From: Actinomycetes bacterium
GTDB lineage: Bacteria; Actinomycetota; Thermoleophilia; Gaiellales; F1-60-MAGs149
Length of the DNA: 64,000 nt
Direction: 5' to 3'
Assembly (NCBI GenBank): GCA_025360225.1
Contig: JANYCN010000029.1
Location: 36,792 to 100,791 of the forward strand
Positions within the stretch are counted from its first letter, which is position 1, and every line of letters begins with the position of its first letter. Shown here in pieces: positions 17,965 through 26,529 of this stretch. The position numbers were made by a program, and so were the translations under genes. The notes below the pieces were generated by a model. It had not been told where the DNA came from. It worked only from the letters and a program-made list of their open reading frames with translations, and did no database searches.

Positions 17965-18775
17965 GGTTTCACTGGTCGCACCTGCTGCTGTTCCCGACGG
18001 CGCTGCTGTTTGGGCTGCCGTTTCTCTGGAGCGTCGACCAGGCGTTCATGCCTGACGGCGACATCAACCGCTTCCCACCCCGGCTCCTGCCTCATCGATC
18101 TCGTTGCGCGGCTTCCAGATCGTCTTCAACGAGACAGACTTTCCCCGTTGGTTCCTGAACAGCGCCATCGTCAGCGTCACCGTCGTCGCGCTCACGCTGC
18201 TCCTCTCCGCCGCCGCGGCCTACGCGTTCGCTCGGATGCGCTTCATCGGCTCCGTGACCCTGCTCGGGCTGATGATCGCGACCTGGATCGTGCCGTTTCA
18301 GCTGACGATGATCCCGACGTTCATCCTCTTCCACGACCTCGGGCTGGTGAACAACATCCCCGGCCTGATCGTGCAGCCGCTGCTCGGCACCATCCCGCTC
18401 GGCGTGTTCATGCTGCGACAGTTCTTCGTCTCGATCCCGCGGAGCGTCGAGGAGGCCGCGATGATCGATGGCGCCTCCCGGCTCACCGTCCTGCTGCAGG
18501 TCGTCTTGCCGCTCGCTGGCCCCGCCATCGCCGGGCTCTCGATCCTGACGTTCCTGACGGTCTGGAACGACCTGTCCTGGCCTGTAATCGCGATCCAGGG
18601 CAAGGAGAGCTACACGCTGCAGCTCGGCCTGACGACCTTCCAAGGGCAACGGCGCACGGTCTGGTCGGCGTTGCAGGCGGCGAACCTCCTGACGATCCTG
18701 CCCGTGATGGCGCTCTTCCTGCTGGCGCAGAAGCGGTTCATCCAGTCGCTCGCCGCTACGGCGGTGAAGGGGTGA
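17961..18775 (+). pseudogene. ABC transporter permease (MalG/UgpE-like) with a -1 frameshift at ~18090-18093
   Basis: GTG 17961 overlaps the upstream stop and encodes TM1 (HLLLFPTALLFGLPFLWSV...FPPRLLP). The rest (..SSISLRGFQIVFNETDFPRWFLNS...EAAMIDGASRL) continues in another frame. The total of 815 nt is not a multiple of 3. Confidence 0.78.
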
Positions 18776-18985
18776 GCGACCGGCGCGGGGTCGTACCAGC
18801 GCGATCCGGCGAGGTGTTCGCTACAGTGCTCTTCCTCGGGCTTGGACAGCCGGGGGAACCGTCGTGGCCGACCTCGCTCTCGTGCTAGAGTGCGAGCTCG
18901 CGGCCCGAGGGCTCGTGTCTGCGTGCGCTCCGGCGCGCGTGGTGTCACCAGGTAAACCGCCGCCCTATGAGGGCGAGGGGGATTC

Positions 18986-19099
18986 ATGAAGGTTCGTCCC
19001 AGCGTCAAGCCGATGTGCGACAAGTGCCGGATCATCCGGCGCGCTGGCACGGTCCTCGTGATCTGCACGAATCCCCGCCACAAGCAGCGCCAGGGCTAG
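18986..19099 (+). CDS. rpmJ: 50S ribosomal protein L36 (zinc form)
   Basis: Not in the ORF track (37 aa). [48 protein letters not shown]. Confidence 0.95.
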   Translation: MKVRPSVKPMCDKCRIIRRAGTVLVICTNPRHKQRQG

Positions 19100-19114
19100 A
19101 GGGAGTACCGAGTA

Positions 19115-19486
19115 GTGGCCCGTATTGCAGGTGTCAACCTCCCGCGCGAGAAGCGCGCGGAGATCGGCCTGACCTACATCTACGGCATTGGCCGCACGAC
19201 CTCACAGAAGGTCTGCGCCGACACCGGGATCGACATGAACACGAAGGTGCGTGACCTCACCGAAGCCGAGGTTGCGCGACTTCGCGCCTACATCGACGCG
19301 AACCTCACGGTCGAGGGCGACCTCCGCCGAGAGCGCTCGTCGGACATCAAGCGTCTGATGGAGATCGGCTGCTACCGCGGCCTCCGTCACCGCCGTGGCC
19401 TGCCCGTCCGTGGGCAGCGCACGCGGACGAACGCCCGTACCCGCAAGGGGCCGAAGAAGACCGTCGGCCGTCAGCGCAAGAAGTAA
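19115..19486 (+). CDS. rpsM: 30S ribosomal protein S13
   Basis: [26 protein letters not shown].... Confidence 0.97.
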   Translation: MARIAGVNLPREKRAEIGLTYIYGIGRTTSQKVCADTGIDMNTKVRDLTEAEVARLRAYIDANLTVEGDLRRERSSDIKRLMEIGCYRGLRHRRGLPVRGQRTRTNARTRKGPKKTVGRQRKK

Positions 19487-19506
19487 GAAAGGATCGACTT
19501 CGTTTC

Positions 19507-19917
19507 ATGGCTCCTCCGCGCAGGCAGGCAGGCGGTACGCGTGGTCGCACCCGCCGCAAGGTTCGCAAGAACGTTGCGGTCGGTCAGGCCCACATCAAGA
19601 CGTCGTTTAACAACACGCACGTCTCCATCACGGATCGCGAAGGCAACGTCATCGCGTGGAAGAGCGCCGGCGGCGCGGGCTTCAAGGGCTCGCGGAAGTC
19701 GACGCCGTTCGCGGCGCAGGTGACCGCTGACGCCGCCGCCCGTGAGGGCATGGAGCACGGGCTCCAGAAGGTCGAGGTCTTCGTCAAGGGGCCCGGTTCG
19801 GGCCGTGAGACCGCAATTCGTTCGCTTCAGGCCGCTGGACTCGAGGTCACCGGCGTGAAGGATGTCACCCCGCAGGCGCACAACGGCTGTCGGCCGCGTA
19901 AGCGCCGTCGCGTCTGA
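19507..19917 (+). CDS. rpsK: 30S ribosomal protein S11
   Basis: ...[28 protein letters not shown]...[11 protein letters not shown]. Confidence 0.97.
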   Translation: MAPPRRQAGGTRGRTRRKVRKNVAVGQAHIKTSFNNTHVSITDREGNVIAWKSAGGAGFKGSRKSTPFAAQVTADAAAREGMEHGLQKVEVFVKGPGSGRETAIRSLQAAGLEVTGVKDVTPQAHNGCRPRKRRRV

Positions 19918-19932
19918 TCCCGTTAGGAACCG

Positions 19933-20553
19933 ATGGCTCGCTCTACCGATCCCAAATGCAAGAAGTGCCGCCGCGAGGGCATGAAGCTCTTCCTCAAGGG
20001 CGAGCGCTGCCTGACCGAGAAGTGCGGCATCGAGCGCCGTGCCTATCCGCCTGGCCAGCATGGCCGTGGGCGCACGAAGCAGTCCGAGTACCTGGCCCAG
20101 CTGCGCGAGAAGCAGAAGACGAAGCGGTACTACGGTGTGCTCGAGAAGCAGTTCCGTACGTACTACGAGAAGGCATCGGCGCGCACCGGCATCACCGGTG
20201 AGAACCTGCTTCGCCAGCTCGAGTGTCGGCTGGACAACGTGGTGTACCGTCTCGGCTTCTCTGCGTCGCGTGCGCAGGGCCGCCAGTTCGTCCGCCACGG
20301 ACACTTCTGGGTCAACGGTCGCCGGGTGAACATCCCCAGCTTCCAGGTCCGTCCGGACGACATCGTCTCGATGCGCCCGGGAGCGGCAGCCGAAGAGGCG
20401 ATCCGCGACGCGACTGACCTCACCGCCTCGGTAGCCAACTGGCTCCAGGCTGATCATGACAACCTGACCGGTAAGGTGCTGCGCCTTCCCGACCGCGAGG
20501 AGATCGACACTCCGGTCCAGGAGCAGCTCATCGTCGAGCTCTACTCGAAGTGA
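19933..20553 (+). CDS. rpsD: 30S ribosomal protein S4
   Basis: [19 protein letters not shown]-terminus plus an S4 RNA-binding domain. 206 aa. Confidence 0.97.
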   Translation: MARSTDPKCKKCRREGMKLFLKGERCLTEKCGIERRAYPPGQHGRGRTKQSEYLAQLREKQKTKRYYGVLEKQFRTYYEKASARTGITGENLLRQLECRLDNVVYRLGFSASRAQGRQFVRHGHFWVNGRRVNIPSFQVRPDDIVSMRPGAAAEEAIRDATDLTASVANWLQADHDNLTGKVLRLPDREEIDTPVQEQLIVELYSK

Positions 20554-21524
20554 TGGCCACCATGCTCGACTTCCAGATTCCACAGATCACCGCTGAGTCG
20601 TCCGACGAGCACCGCGGCGTGTTCACGGTCGAGCCGCTCGACCGCGGCTTCGGCTACACGTTCGGCAACTCGCTTCGGCGCGTGCTGCTCTCCTCGCTCG
20701 AGGGGTGCGCGGTCACGTCCGTCAAGATCGACGGCGTGCAGCACGAGTTCACGACGGTGCCTGGCGTCCGCGAGGACGTCACGGACATCATCCTGAACCT
20801 GAAGAACCTCGTGTGCCGCCTCCACGGTGAGGCGCCGGAGATCGAGGCCGACGTCTCGAAGGACGGCCCTGGCGTCGTCACGGCGGGCGACATCGTCGCC
20901 TCCGCGGACCTCGAGGTGCTGAACCCGGAGCTCGTCATCTGCCACCTCTCTGAGGGCGCGCGGTTCGAGATGACGCTGACGATTGGTCGCGGTCGCGGCT
21001 ACAACCCCGCCGATCAGAACAAGAACTACGAGTCGACGATCGGTGTCATCCCGGTCGACTCGATCTTCTCACCGGTGCGCCGCGTCACCTACCACGTCGA
21101 CAGCGCCCGCGTCGGGCAGCGCACCGACTTCGACAAGCTCACGCTCGACGTCAAGACGAACGGCGCCGTGAACCCGAAGGATGCCGTCACGCAGGCAGCC
21201 GAGCTGTTGATCCGTCAGCTTGCGATCTTCACGACGCTTGACACTGCCGAGCTGCTGCAGAGCGCCGACATCGCGCGACGTGACGCCGGCGAGGTTGCCG
21301 CACCGCAGGCGAACGGCATGGAGAACATCCTCATCGAGGAGCTCGAGCTTGGCGTACGCTCCTACAACTGCCTGAAGCGTGTTGGCATCGAGACGATCGG
21401 TGACCTCGTGACGAAGTCGGAGCAGGAGCTTGCTGCGATCCCGAACTTCGGCAAGAAGTCGATCGAAGAGGTCAAGGAGACGCTCGCGACGCACGGTCTC
21501 TACCTTCGCGGGGAGGCGTCGTGA
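20553..21524 (+). CDS. rpoA: DNA-directed RNA polymerase subunit alpha
   Basis: ...[28 protein letters not shown]... N-terminal domain. C-terminal domain ...[17 protein letters not shown].... Start ambiguous (GTG 20550 / ATG 20553 / ATG 20562). Confidence 0.96.
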   Translation: MATMLDFQIPQITAESSDEHRGVFTVEPLDRGFGYTFGNSLRRVLLSSLEGCAVTSVKIDGVQHEFTTVPGVREDVTDIILNLKNLVCRLHGEAPEIEADVSKDGPGVVTAGDIVASADLEVLNPELVICHLSEGARFEMTLTIGRGRGYNPADQNKNYESTIGVIPVDSIFSPVRRVTYHVDSARVGQRTDFDKLTLDVKTNGAVNPKDAVTQAAELLIRQLAIFTTLDTAELLQSADIARRDAGEVAAPQANGMENILIEELELGVRSYNCLKRVGIETIGDLVTKSEQELAAIPNFGKKSIEEVKETLATHGLYLRGEAS

Positions 21525-21874
21525 GGCACCAGCGCAAGGGGCGCAAGCTTGGTCGTGACGCCGCGCACCGCAAGGCGATGTTCGCGAACCTGACTGGCGC
21601 GCTCGTCACGCACGGCCGCATCAAGACCACCCTGGCGAAGGCCAAGGAGGTTCGGCCGATCGCTGAGAGCATGGTCACGCTCGGCAAGCGGGGCGACCTG
21701 CACGCTCGGCGTCAGGCGATCGCCTTCCTGCGGTCGAAGACCGTCGTGCACGCGCTGTTCGCCGACGTCGCTCCGCGGTTCGAGGAGCGCGAGGGAGGCT
21801 ACACGCGCATCGTCAAGCTCGGCCCGCGTCAGGGTGACGCAGCCGAGATGGCGTACCTCGAGTTCGTCGACTAG
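21521..21874 (+). CDS. rplQ: 50S ribosomal protein L17
   Basis: [24 protein letters not shown]..., 117 aa. Confidence 0.97.
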   Translation: MRHQRKGRKLGRDAAHRKAMFANLTGALVTHGRIKTTLAKAKEVRPIAESMVTLGKRGDLHARRQAIAFLRSKTVVHALFADVAPRFEEREGGYTRIVKLGPRQGDAAEMAYLEFVD

Positions 21875-21882
21875 CGTCAGCC

Positions 21883-22332
21883 GTGCTCGAGGCTCGCGCG
21901 GGACTTGTCGGGACGGCGGCGTTCACGCTACCGATCCCGGACGGCTGGGTTGATCGCACCGTCGTCACGATCACCGGGCACGCCGAGGATGGCTTCGCGC
22001 CAAACGTCGTCGTCACCTCGGAGAGATTGTGCGACAACATGGGACTTGGTGGGTTCTCCTCCGGCTGGTTGAACCGGCTGGCCGAGGAGGTGCCGGTGGT
22101 CGAGGAGCGAGCCGTTGAACACGTCGACGTGGCGGGCGTGCGTGCCCATGTTCGTGTCGTCTCCTGGCACGCCGCCGGCCTGCGCCTTCGCCAGATCGCT
22201 GCGCTGCTCGTCCACGGTGAGTCGGCCTACGCGATCGTCGGGACGGCGACGGAGTGGACGTTCGACGACCTCGAACGATCGTTCCGGACGCTGCTCGACG
22301 GGTTCCAGCTCGCCGCCGGGGACCCGGCATGA
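21883..22332 (+). CDS. Hypothetical protein, DcrB/DUF1795-like fold suggested
   Basis: High GC3 in this frame. The pattern FTLPIPDGWVDRT...PNVVVTSE...F..LLDGF resembles DUF1795. Family assignment is tentative. Confidence 0.6.
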   Translation: MLEARAGLVGTAAFTLPIPDGWVDRTVVTITGHAEDGFAPNVVVTSERLCDNMGLGGFSSGWLNRLAEEVPVVEERAVEHVDVAGVRAHVRVVSWHAAGLRLRQIAALLVHGESAYAIVGTATEWTFDDLERSFRTLLDGFQLAAGDPA

Positions 22333-23102
22333 ACGCCACCCGGACGGATGTCGCGGTGCTGCTTCGCGACGTCGCCGGCTCGCTCGAGTCGACGAGTCCG
22401 GTGGACGCTGAGGACGCCTATCGTCGGTCACTGGTGCTCGCGCCGAACGTGGCATGCGCCCATGCGGGCATCGCTCGAGCGCTGTTTGACCTGGACCGCT
22501 ACAGCGAGGCCGACGGACACCTGCGGCGCGCTCTGGCGGTTGAGCCGCAGCACGACGAGGCCCTGCGGCTCCGCGCCGCGTACCTGCTAGCGGAAGGGCG
22601 GGTGCCAGAGGCACTGGACACCCACGCCGTGGCGTTCGAAAGCGGTGCCAAGGGCGGCGCCACCACCGCCGGCTTCGCTGATCTCCTGTCCCGCCTCGGC
22701 CTGCGCGCGGACGCCGTCGCTGCCTACCGGTCGGCGCTCGAACGGGAGGAGATGGCTGAGGCGCACGCGAACCTCGCGCTGCTGCTCGTCGACGCGCGCC
22801 AGCTCGACGAGGCGCTCGCCCACCTCGACCGTGCCGCAACGCTCGACAGCGGCGATCTGACGATCCGACTGAACCGGGCAAACGTGCTCGTCGAGCTCGG
22901 TCGGCTCGACGAGGCCGATGACCAGTATCGTGCCCTCCTCGCTGACCCGAGCGTCGGCGGGGCGGCCTCGCTCGGACTCGCGGCGGTGCACGATGCCGCC
23001 GGTCGTTGCGACGAGGCGCGCGTTGCGCGCGTCGCTGCCGTGACGCACACGCCCGAGCTAGCAAGGCGGTGTACGCCACGTCAGACGCCGATGGGCGTCT
23101 GA
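22329..23102 (+). CDS. Tetratricopeptide (TPR) repeat protein
   Basis: ATG 22329 overlaps the upstream stop (ATGA). Repeated A..Y...L...P....A...LA motifs throughout. Confidence 0.75.
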   Translation: MNATRTDVAVLLRDVAGSLESTSPVDAEDAYRRSLVLAPNVACAHAGIARALFDLDRYSEADGHLRRALAVEPQHDEALRLRAAYLLAEGRVPEALDTHAVAFESGAKGGATTAGFADLLSRLGLRADAVAAYRSALEREEMAEAHANLALLLVDARQLDEALAHLDRAATLDSGDLTIRLNRANVLVELGRLDEADDQYRALLADPSVGGAASLGLAAVHDAAGRCDEARVARVAAVTHTPELARRCTPRQTPMGV

Positions 23103-23476
23103 TGCGTCCGACCCTCCTCGCCGTGTTGCGTGCCGTGGTCGGGCTCGCGTTTCTCGTCACCGGGGCGGGTAAGGTGCTCGATCACGCCACCGAGGCGAGG
23201 CGCTTCGCCCACTGGGGGCTGCCGATGCCCGACCGCGCCGTGTACGTCGTCGCGGCGCTCGAGCTCCTCGGTGGTCTCGTGGTGCTGCTCGGCCTGCTCA
23301 CGCGGCTTGGCGCGCTCGTGCTGCTGTTCGACATGCTCGGCGCCCTCGCGACGGCCGGGCGAATCGACCACGGCTTCCACCTCCTTGCGCCGGTCGTGCT
23401 CGGCGCTATCTGTCTCGTGCTGGCCGCGCGGGGCGGAGGGCGCTGGCAGCTCGTCGACGTCATCGATCCCGCCTGA
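23102..23476 (+). CDS. DoxX-family membrane protein
   Basis: ATG 23102 overlaps the TPR stop (TGATG). 124 aa, four hydrophobic helices, LRAVVGLAFLVTGAGKV... is typical of DoxX. Confidence 0.75.
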   Translation: MRPTLLAVLRAVVGLAFLVTGAGKVLDHATEARRFAHWGLPMPDRAVYVVAALELLGGLVVLLGLLTRLGALVLLFDMLGALATAGRIDHGFHLLAPVVLGAICLVLAARGGGRWQLVDVIDPA

Positions 23477-23490
23477 CGGCGCGGTCGCCA

Positions 23491-24264
23491 GTGCACCTGC
23501 GCCTGACGCTGGAGTACGACGGGACGGCGTTCAAGGGCTGGGCGCGCCAGCCCGCCCGGCGCACGGTCGAGGGCGTCCTGAGCGCCGCCCTCGACGTCTG
23601 CTTCCCCAGGTGGTCGGGGCTCGCCGTCTGCGGGCGTACCGACGCGGGCGTACACGCCTTGGCGCAGGTCGCGAGCGTGACGGTGCCCGACCGCTTGCCA
23701 GAGCGTGCCGTGGCGCTGGTGTTGAACGCGGTCCTTCCTGAGGACGTCTCGGTCCTGTCGGCGGTTGCCGTCGAGGGCTCGTTTCATGCCCGTCATAGCG
23801 CCCGCGCGCGTTCCTACACCTATGGCGTCCGTCTGGGCAGCGCCCCGTCGGCGCTCGCCGCACGCCGCGCGCTTCACCACCCACGAGCGGTCGACGTCGC
23901 CGTGCTGCATCGCTGGGCGCGCGCCTTCGTCGGGACGCATGACTTCCGCGCGTTCACCCCGACCGAGACCCAGCATCGGACATTCACGCGCACCGTGCAC
24001 GTCGCTCGCTGGGAGACGACCGCCGACGGGCTGCGGTTCGTGATCGCCGGCGACGGGTTCCTCCGCCACCAGGTCAGGACGCTCGTCGGAACGATGCTGC
24101 AGGCGGCGCGGCACGAGCCGATGGCGGCACCCGAGGAGCTGCTCGGTGGCGCCCATCGTCGCGACGCCGGCGTGACGGCGCCGCCGCACGGCCTCTACTT
24201 CGCCGGCGCCCGGTTCGCAGGCGAGCGCGAGGGAACCGAGCTGGCGCTGGTCGGCCCGCCCTGA
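23491..24264 (+). CDS. truA: tRNA pseudouridine(38-40) synthase
   Basis: LTLEYDGTAFKGWARQP and the catalytic GRTDAGVHA motif. Confidence 0.93.
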   Translation: MHLRLTLEYDGTAFKGWARQPARRTVEGVLSAALDVCFPRWSGLAVCGRTDAGVHALAQVASVTVPDRLPERAVALVLNAVLPEDVSVLSAVAVEGSFHARHSARARSYTYGVRLGSAPSALAARRALHHPRAVDVAVLHRWARAFVGTHDFRAFTPTETQHRTFTRTVHVARWETTADGLRFVIAGDGFLRHQVRTLVGTMLQAARHEPMAAPEELLGGAHRRDAGVTAPPHGLYFAGARFAGEREGTELALVGPP

Positions 24265-24268
24265 ACGA

Positions 24269-24889
24269 TCAGGAGGTCGGGGCCTCGTCGTCGCCGGGCG
24301 CCTTGCAGAGCGTCAGCACCTCGTCGATCGTGGCCCGATGACGCTCGCCACCCTCCAGGTGCACGGCGACGAGGAACCGCGGGTCGCGATGCTCGAAGCG
24401 CACGATCTTGCCCGGCACGTCGCCGCCGATCGCGCGACCCGCGCGTGACCGGAACCCGATCGTGACCGCGGTGCGGTCAGGCAAGCGGCGCTCGGAGACG
24501 AACGCGACGCCGCTCTGTGAGATGTCCACCACCGTCCCGTTCAGCCCCGGGTCGGACATACCCTCGGGTCGGAGGATCGGCTCGCAGCGCACAAGCATCG
24601 TCACCGCTGGCCGGATCCGTGGGTGGGCGCGCCGTTCGACGATCTCCGCCTCGACGACCTTCGCGAAGACGATGTTCTTCCGCGCCGACGGGTAGACGAC
24701 GACTGGCGCCTCGTTCGCGCCCTCCTCCGTGCCCCAGATCAGCGTCAACGCCGTGCCGTCGACGATCTGCTCGCCCGCGACGAACCAGACCGCGCCCGAC
24801 GCGACGTTGTTGATCTCGCCGGTGACGGTCCGGCCGTTCTCGAGGACGGCCTCGATTCTCGTTCCCACGGGAGGCAGCGCGACAGCCAT
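24269..24889 (-). CDS. PilZ-domain c-di-GMP receptor (YcgR-like two-domain architecture)
   Basis: RRAHPR (RxxxR) and DISQSGVAF (D/NxSxxG) PilZ motifs. The ATG at 24889 has AGGAA 9 nt upstream; an alternative start is at 24931. Confidence 0.8.
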   Translation of the reverse strand: MAVALPPVGTRIEAVLENGRTVTGEINNVASGAVWFVAGEQIVDGTALTLIWGTEEGANEAPVVVYPSARKNIVFAKVVEAEIVERRAHPRIRPAVTMLVRCEPILRPEGMSDPGLNGTVVDISQSGVAFVSERRLPDRTAVTIGFRSRAGRAIGGDVPGKIVRFEHRDPRFLVAVHLEGGERHRATIDEVLTLCKAPGDDEAPTS

Positions 24890-24946
24890 GACGCGGTTCC
24901 TATCGGCAGGGGAGCGCGGGAGCGTTAGCATCCCTCGGTGCCGCGC

Positions 24947-25393
24947 ATGACGTCAAAGGGACAGGTGACGATCCCGGTGAACGTGCGCTACCAGCTCGGC
25001 ATCGGGCCGGATGATGAGGTCGTCTTCAGCGTCGAGGACGGGCGTGGTTCCTTCCGGCGCGCCGTCGACCTGACCGATCGCGGCGGTTCGCTCGCGATCG
25101 CCGCAGATCCCGACGCGCATCCCCTCGTGCGCTTCCTCTGCGCCGGTGACCAGGCGTTCGTCGCGACGATCACCGAAGGGTCGCGGGTCGTCGTTGCGGA
25201 CGCCGTGCTGCTCGACCTCACCGTCGCCCTCGTCGGCGCCGGGCGGCTCACGGCTGACGCGGTCGACGTGCTCCGCGACGTGCTCGCTTCGCGTCTGCTG
25301 CGCTTCCAGCACGCCCGTGCCCTGCGCAGCGCGGTCGACGCGGCTGTCGTTGGGGAGGACCCTGAACGCGCATACGCGCTCGCGTGCGCCTAG
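24947..25393 (+). CDS. AbrB/MazE/SpoVT-type DNA-binding domain protein with ~100-aa C-terminal extension
   Basis: MTSKGQVTIPVNVRYQLGIGPDDEVVF is a swapped-hairpin AbrB domain. High GC3 continues to the stop. An alternative GTG is at 24938. Confidence 0.75.
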   Translation: MTSKGQVTIPVNVRYQLGIGPDDEVVFSVEDGRGSFRRAVDLTDRGGSLAIAADPDAHPLVRFLCAGDQAFVATITEGSRVVVADAVLLDLTVALVGAGRLTADAVDVLRDVLASRLLRFQHARALRSAVDAAVVGEDPERAYALACA

Positions 25394-25403
25394 CCGCCGA
25401 CGA

Positions 25404-26471
25404 TCACCACCAGACGGCGATCGCTGCCACGGCGTACAACGCCAGCAGCTGAAGACCTTCGATCCAGTTTGCGGTGCCGCTGAGCGCGATCAGCGCCGAC
25501 AGCAAAGCGGCTGCCGCGAGCAGCGCGACCTCGAGCGGCGTGAACGACAGCGTCAAAGGCGCCCCGAACACGGTGCCGGCGACGACCGCGACGGCGCTGA
25601 CGGCGAGCGCGACCTGGAGGGCCGAGTTGTAGGAGATGGCGACGGCGAACTCGAGCTGTCCGCGTCGGGCGAGGCGGAAGGCCGCGAGGTGCTCGGCGAC
25701 GTTGCCGATCACCGGCACGACGATCAGCCCGATGAAGACGGGGCTCACACCGGTCGCCGCGATCGTTGGGCGAATCGCCGACACGAGCAGCTCGGAGAGA
25801 GCGCCCGTCGCCGCCGCCGTCACGCACAGCACGGCGACCGACGTGTGTATCGACCAGCGTGCGGGGTCGGTGGAGAGGCCGCCGTGCTCGCTCGGCGCCT
25901 GGAACGTCGCGACCAGATACGCGAGATAGATCAGGACCATCACCACGGCGACGGCCAGGGAGACGGCGTGTGCCTCGTGGGCCGATGTGGCAGGCAAGGC
26001 GGCGACCAGCGTCGGCAGCGCGAGCGTGACGGCCGCGAACACGACCATCGTGGCGTTCACACCGGCCACTCGAGGGTCGAACGCGACACGGCCGTGCCGG
26101 AGCCCGGACACGAGCAGCGAGCCGCCGAGGACCAGCAGCAGGTTGCCGATCACCGAGCCGATGATCGAGGCCTTCGCGACGTCAACCAGGCCTTCACGGA
26201 CGGCGAGGACGACGATGATCACCTCGGCGGCGTTCCCAAACGTCGCGTTCAGCAGGGAGGAGAGGCGCGGCCCGACGGCTTCTCCGGCCTCTTCCGTTGC
26301 GATGCCGAGAAGCCAGGCGAGGCCGGCGACCGCGATGGCGGCCGCACCGAACACGGCAACAGGGCTCGCGTTGAGCAGGCGCAGCGTGATCGCGAGCGCC
26401 GAGAGCGCGCCGACGAGAACAAACGCTGCCCGCTCGCGTCGGTTGACGCCCATCGTCGCAGGCTGGGCCAT
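25404..26471 (-). CDS. Ca2+/H+ antiporter (CaCA family, ChaA/CAX type)
   Basis: Two alpha-repeats, TFGNAAEVII and IGNVAEHLAAF. About 11 TM segments. Start MAQPATMGVN... at 26471. The ORF-track extension to 26789 was trimmed. Confidence 0.88.
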   Translation of the reverse strand: MAQPATMGVNRRERAAFVLVGALSALAITLRLLNASPVAVFGAAAIAVAGLAWLLGIATEEAGEAVGPRLSSLLNATFGNAAEVIIVVLAVREGLVDVAKASIIGSVIGNLLLVLGGSLLVSGLRHGRVAFDPRVAGVNATMVVFAAVTLALPTLVAALPATSAHEAHAVSLAVAVVMVLIYLAYLVATFQAPSEHGGLSTDPARWSIHTSVAVLCVTAAATGALSELLVSAIRPTIAATGVSPVFIGLIVVPVIGNVAEHLAAFRLARRGQLEFAVAISYNSALQVALAVSAVAVVAGTVFGAPLTLSFTPLEVALLAAAALLSALIALSGTANWIEGLQLLALYAVAAIAVWW

Positions 26472-26500
26472 CCGACCGACCGTAGCGGGTGGTTGCCGCC

Positions 26501-26529
26501 GCTCACTTGTTGGTATCTGACAAGTGAGC
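26501..26529. promoter_or_regulatory. Perfect 10-bp inverted repeat GCTCACTTGT-N9-ACAAGTGAGC upstream of the antiporter
   Basis: Read directly. A locally AT-richer palindrome 30 nt upstream of the antiporter start, inside a ~300-nt ORF-poor divergent region. Confidence 0.4.

Noticed and set aside
7470-18985. Searched for infA (IF-1) inside or next to the island, and for integration scars such as att-like direct repeats, an integrase or tRNA ends at its borders.
   Set aside because: None was found. The left border is only 2 nt from the map stop and the right border is an ordinary 210-nt promoter-like region, so no mobility mechanism can be claimed.
18776-18985. A possible S4-binding translational operator or leader upstream of rpmJ-rpsM.
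   Set aside because: The region is long enough and has some hairpins. I cannot recognise a conserved pseudoknot by eye, and the actinobacterial alpha-operon leader is not well enough defined to call. Only a tentative extended -10 (TGCTAGAGT, 18883-18891) was noted.
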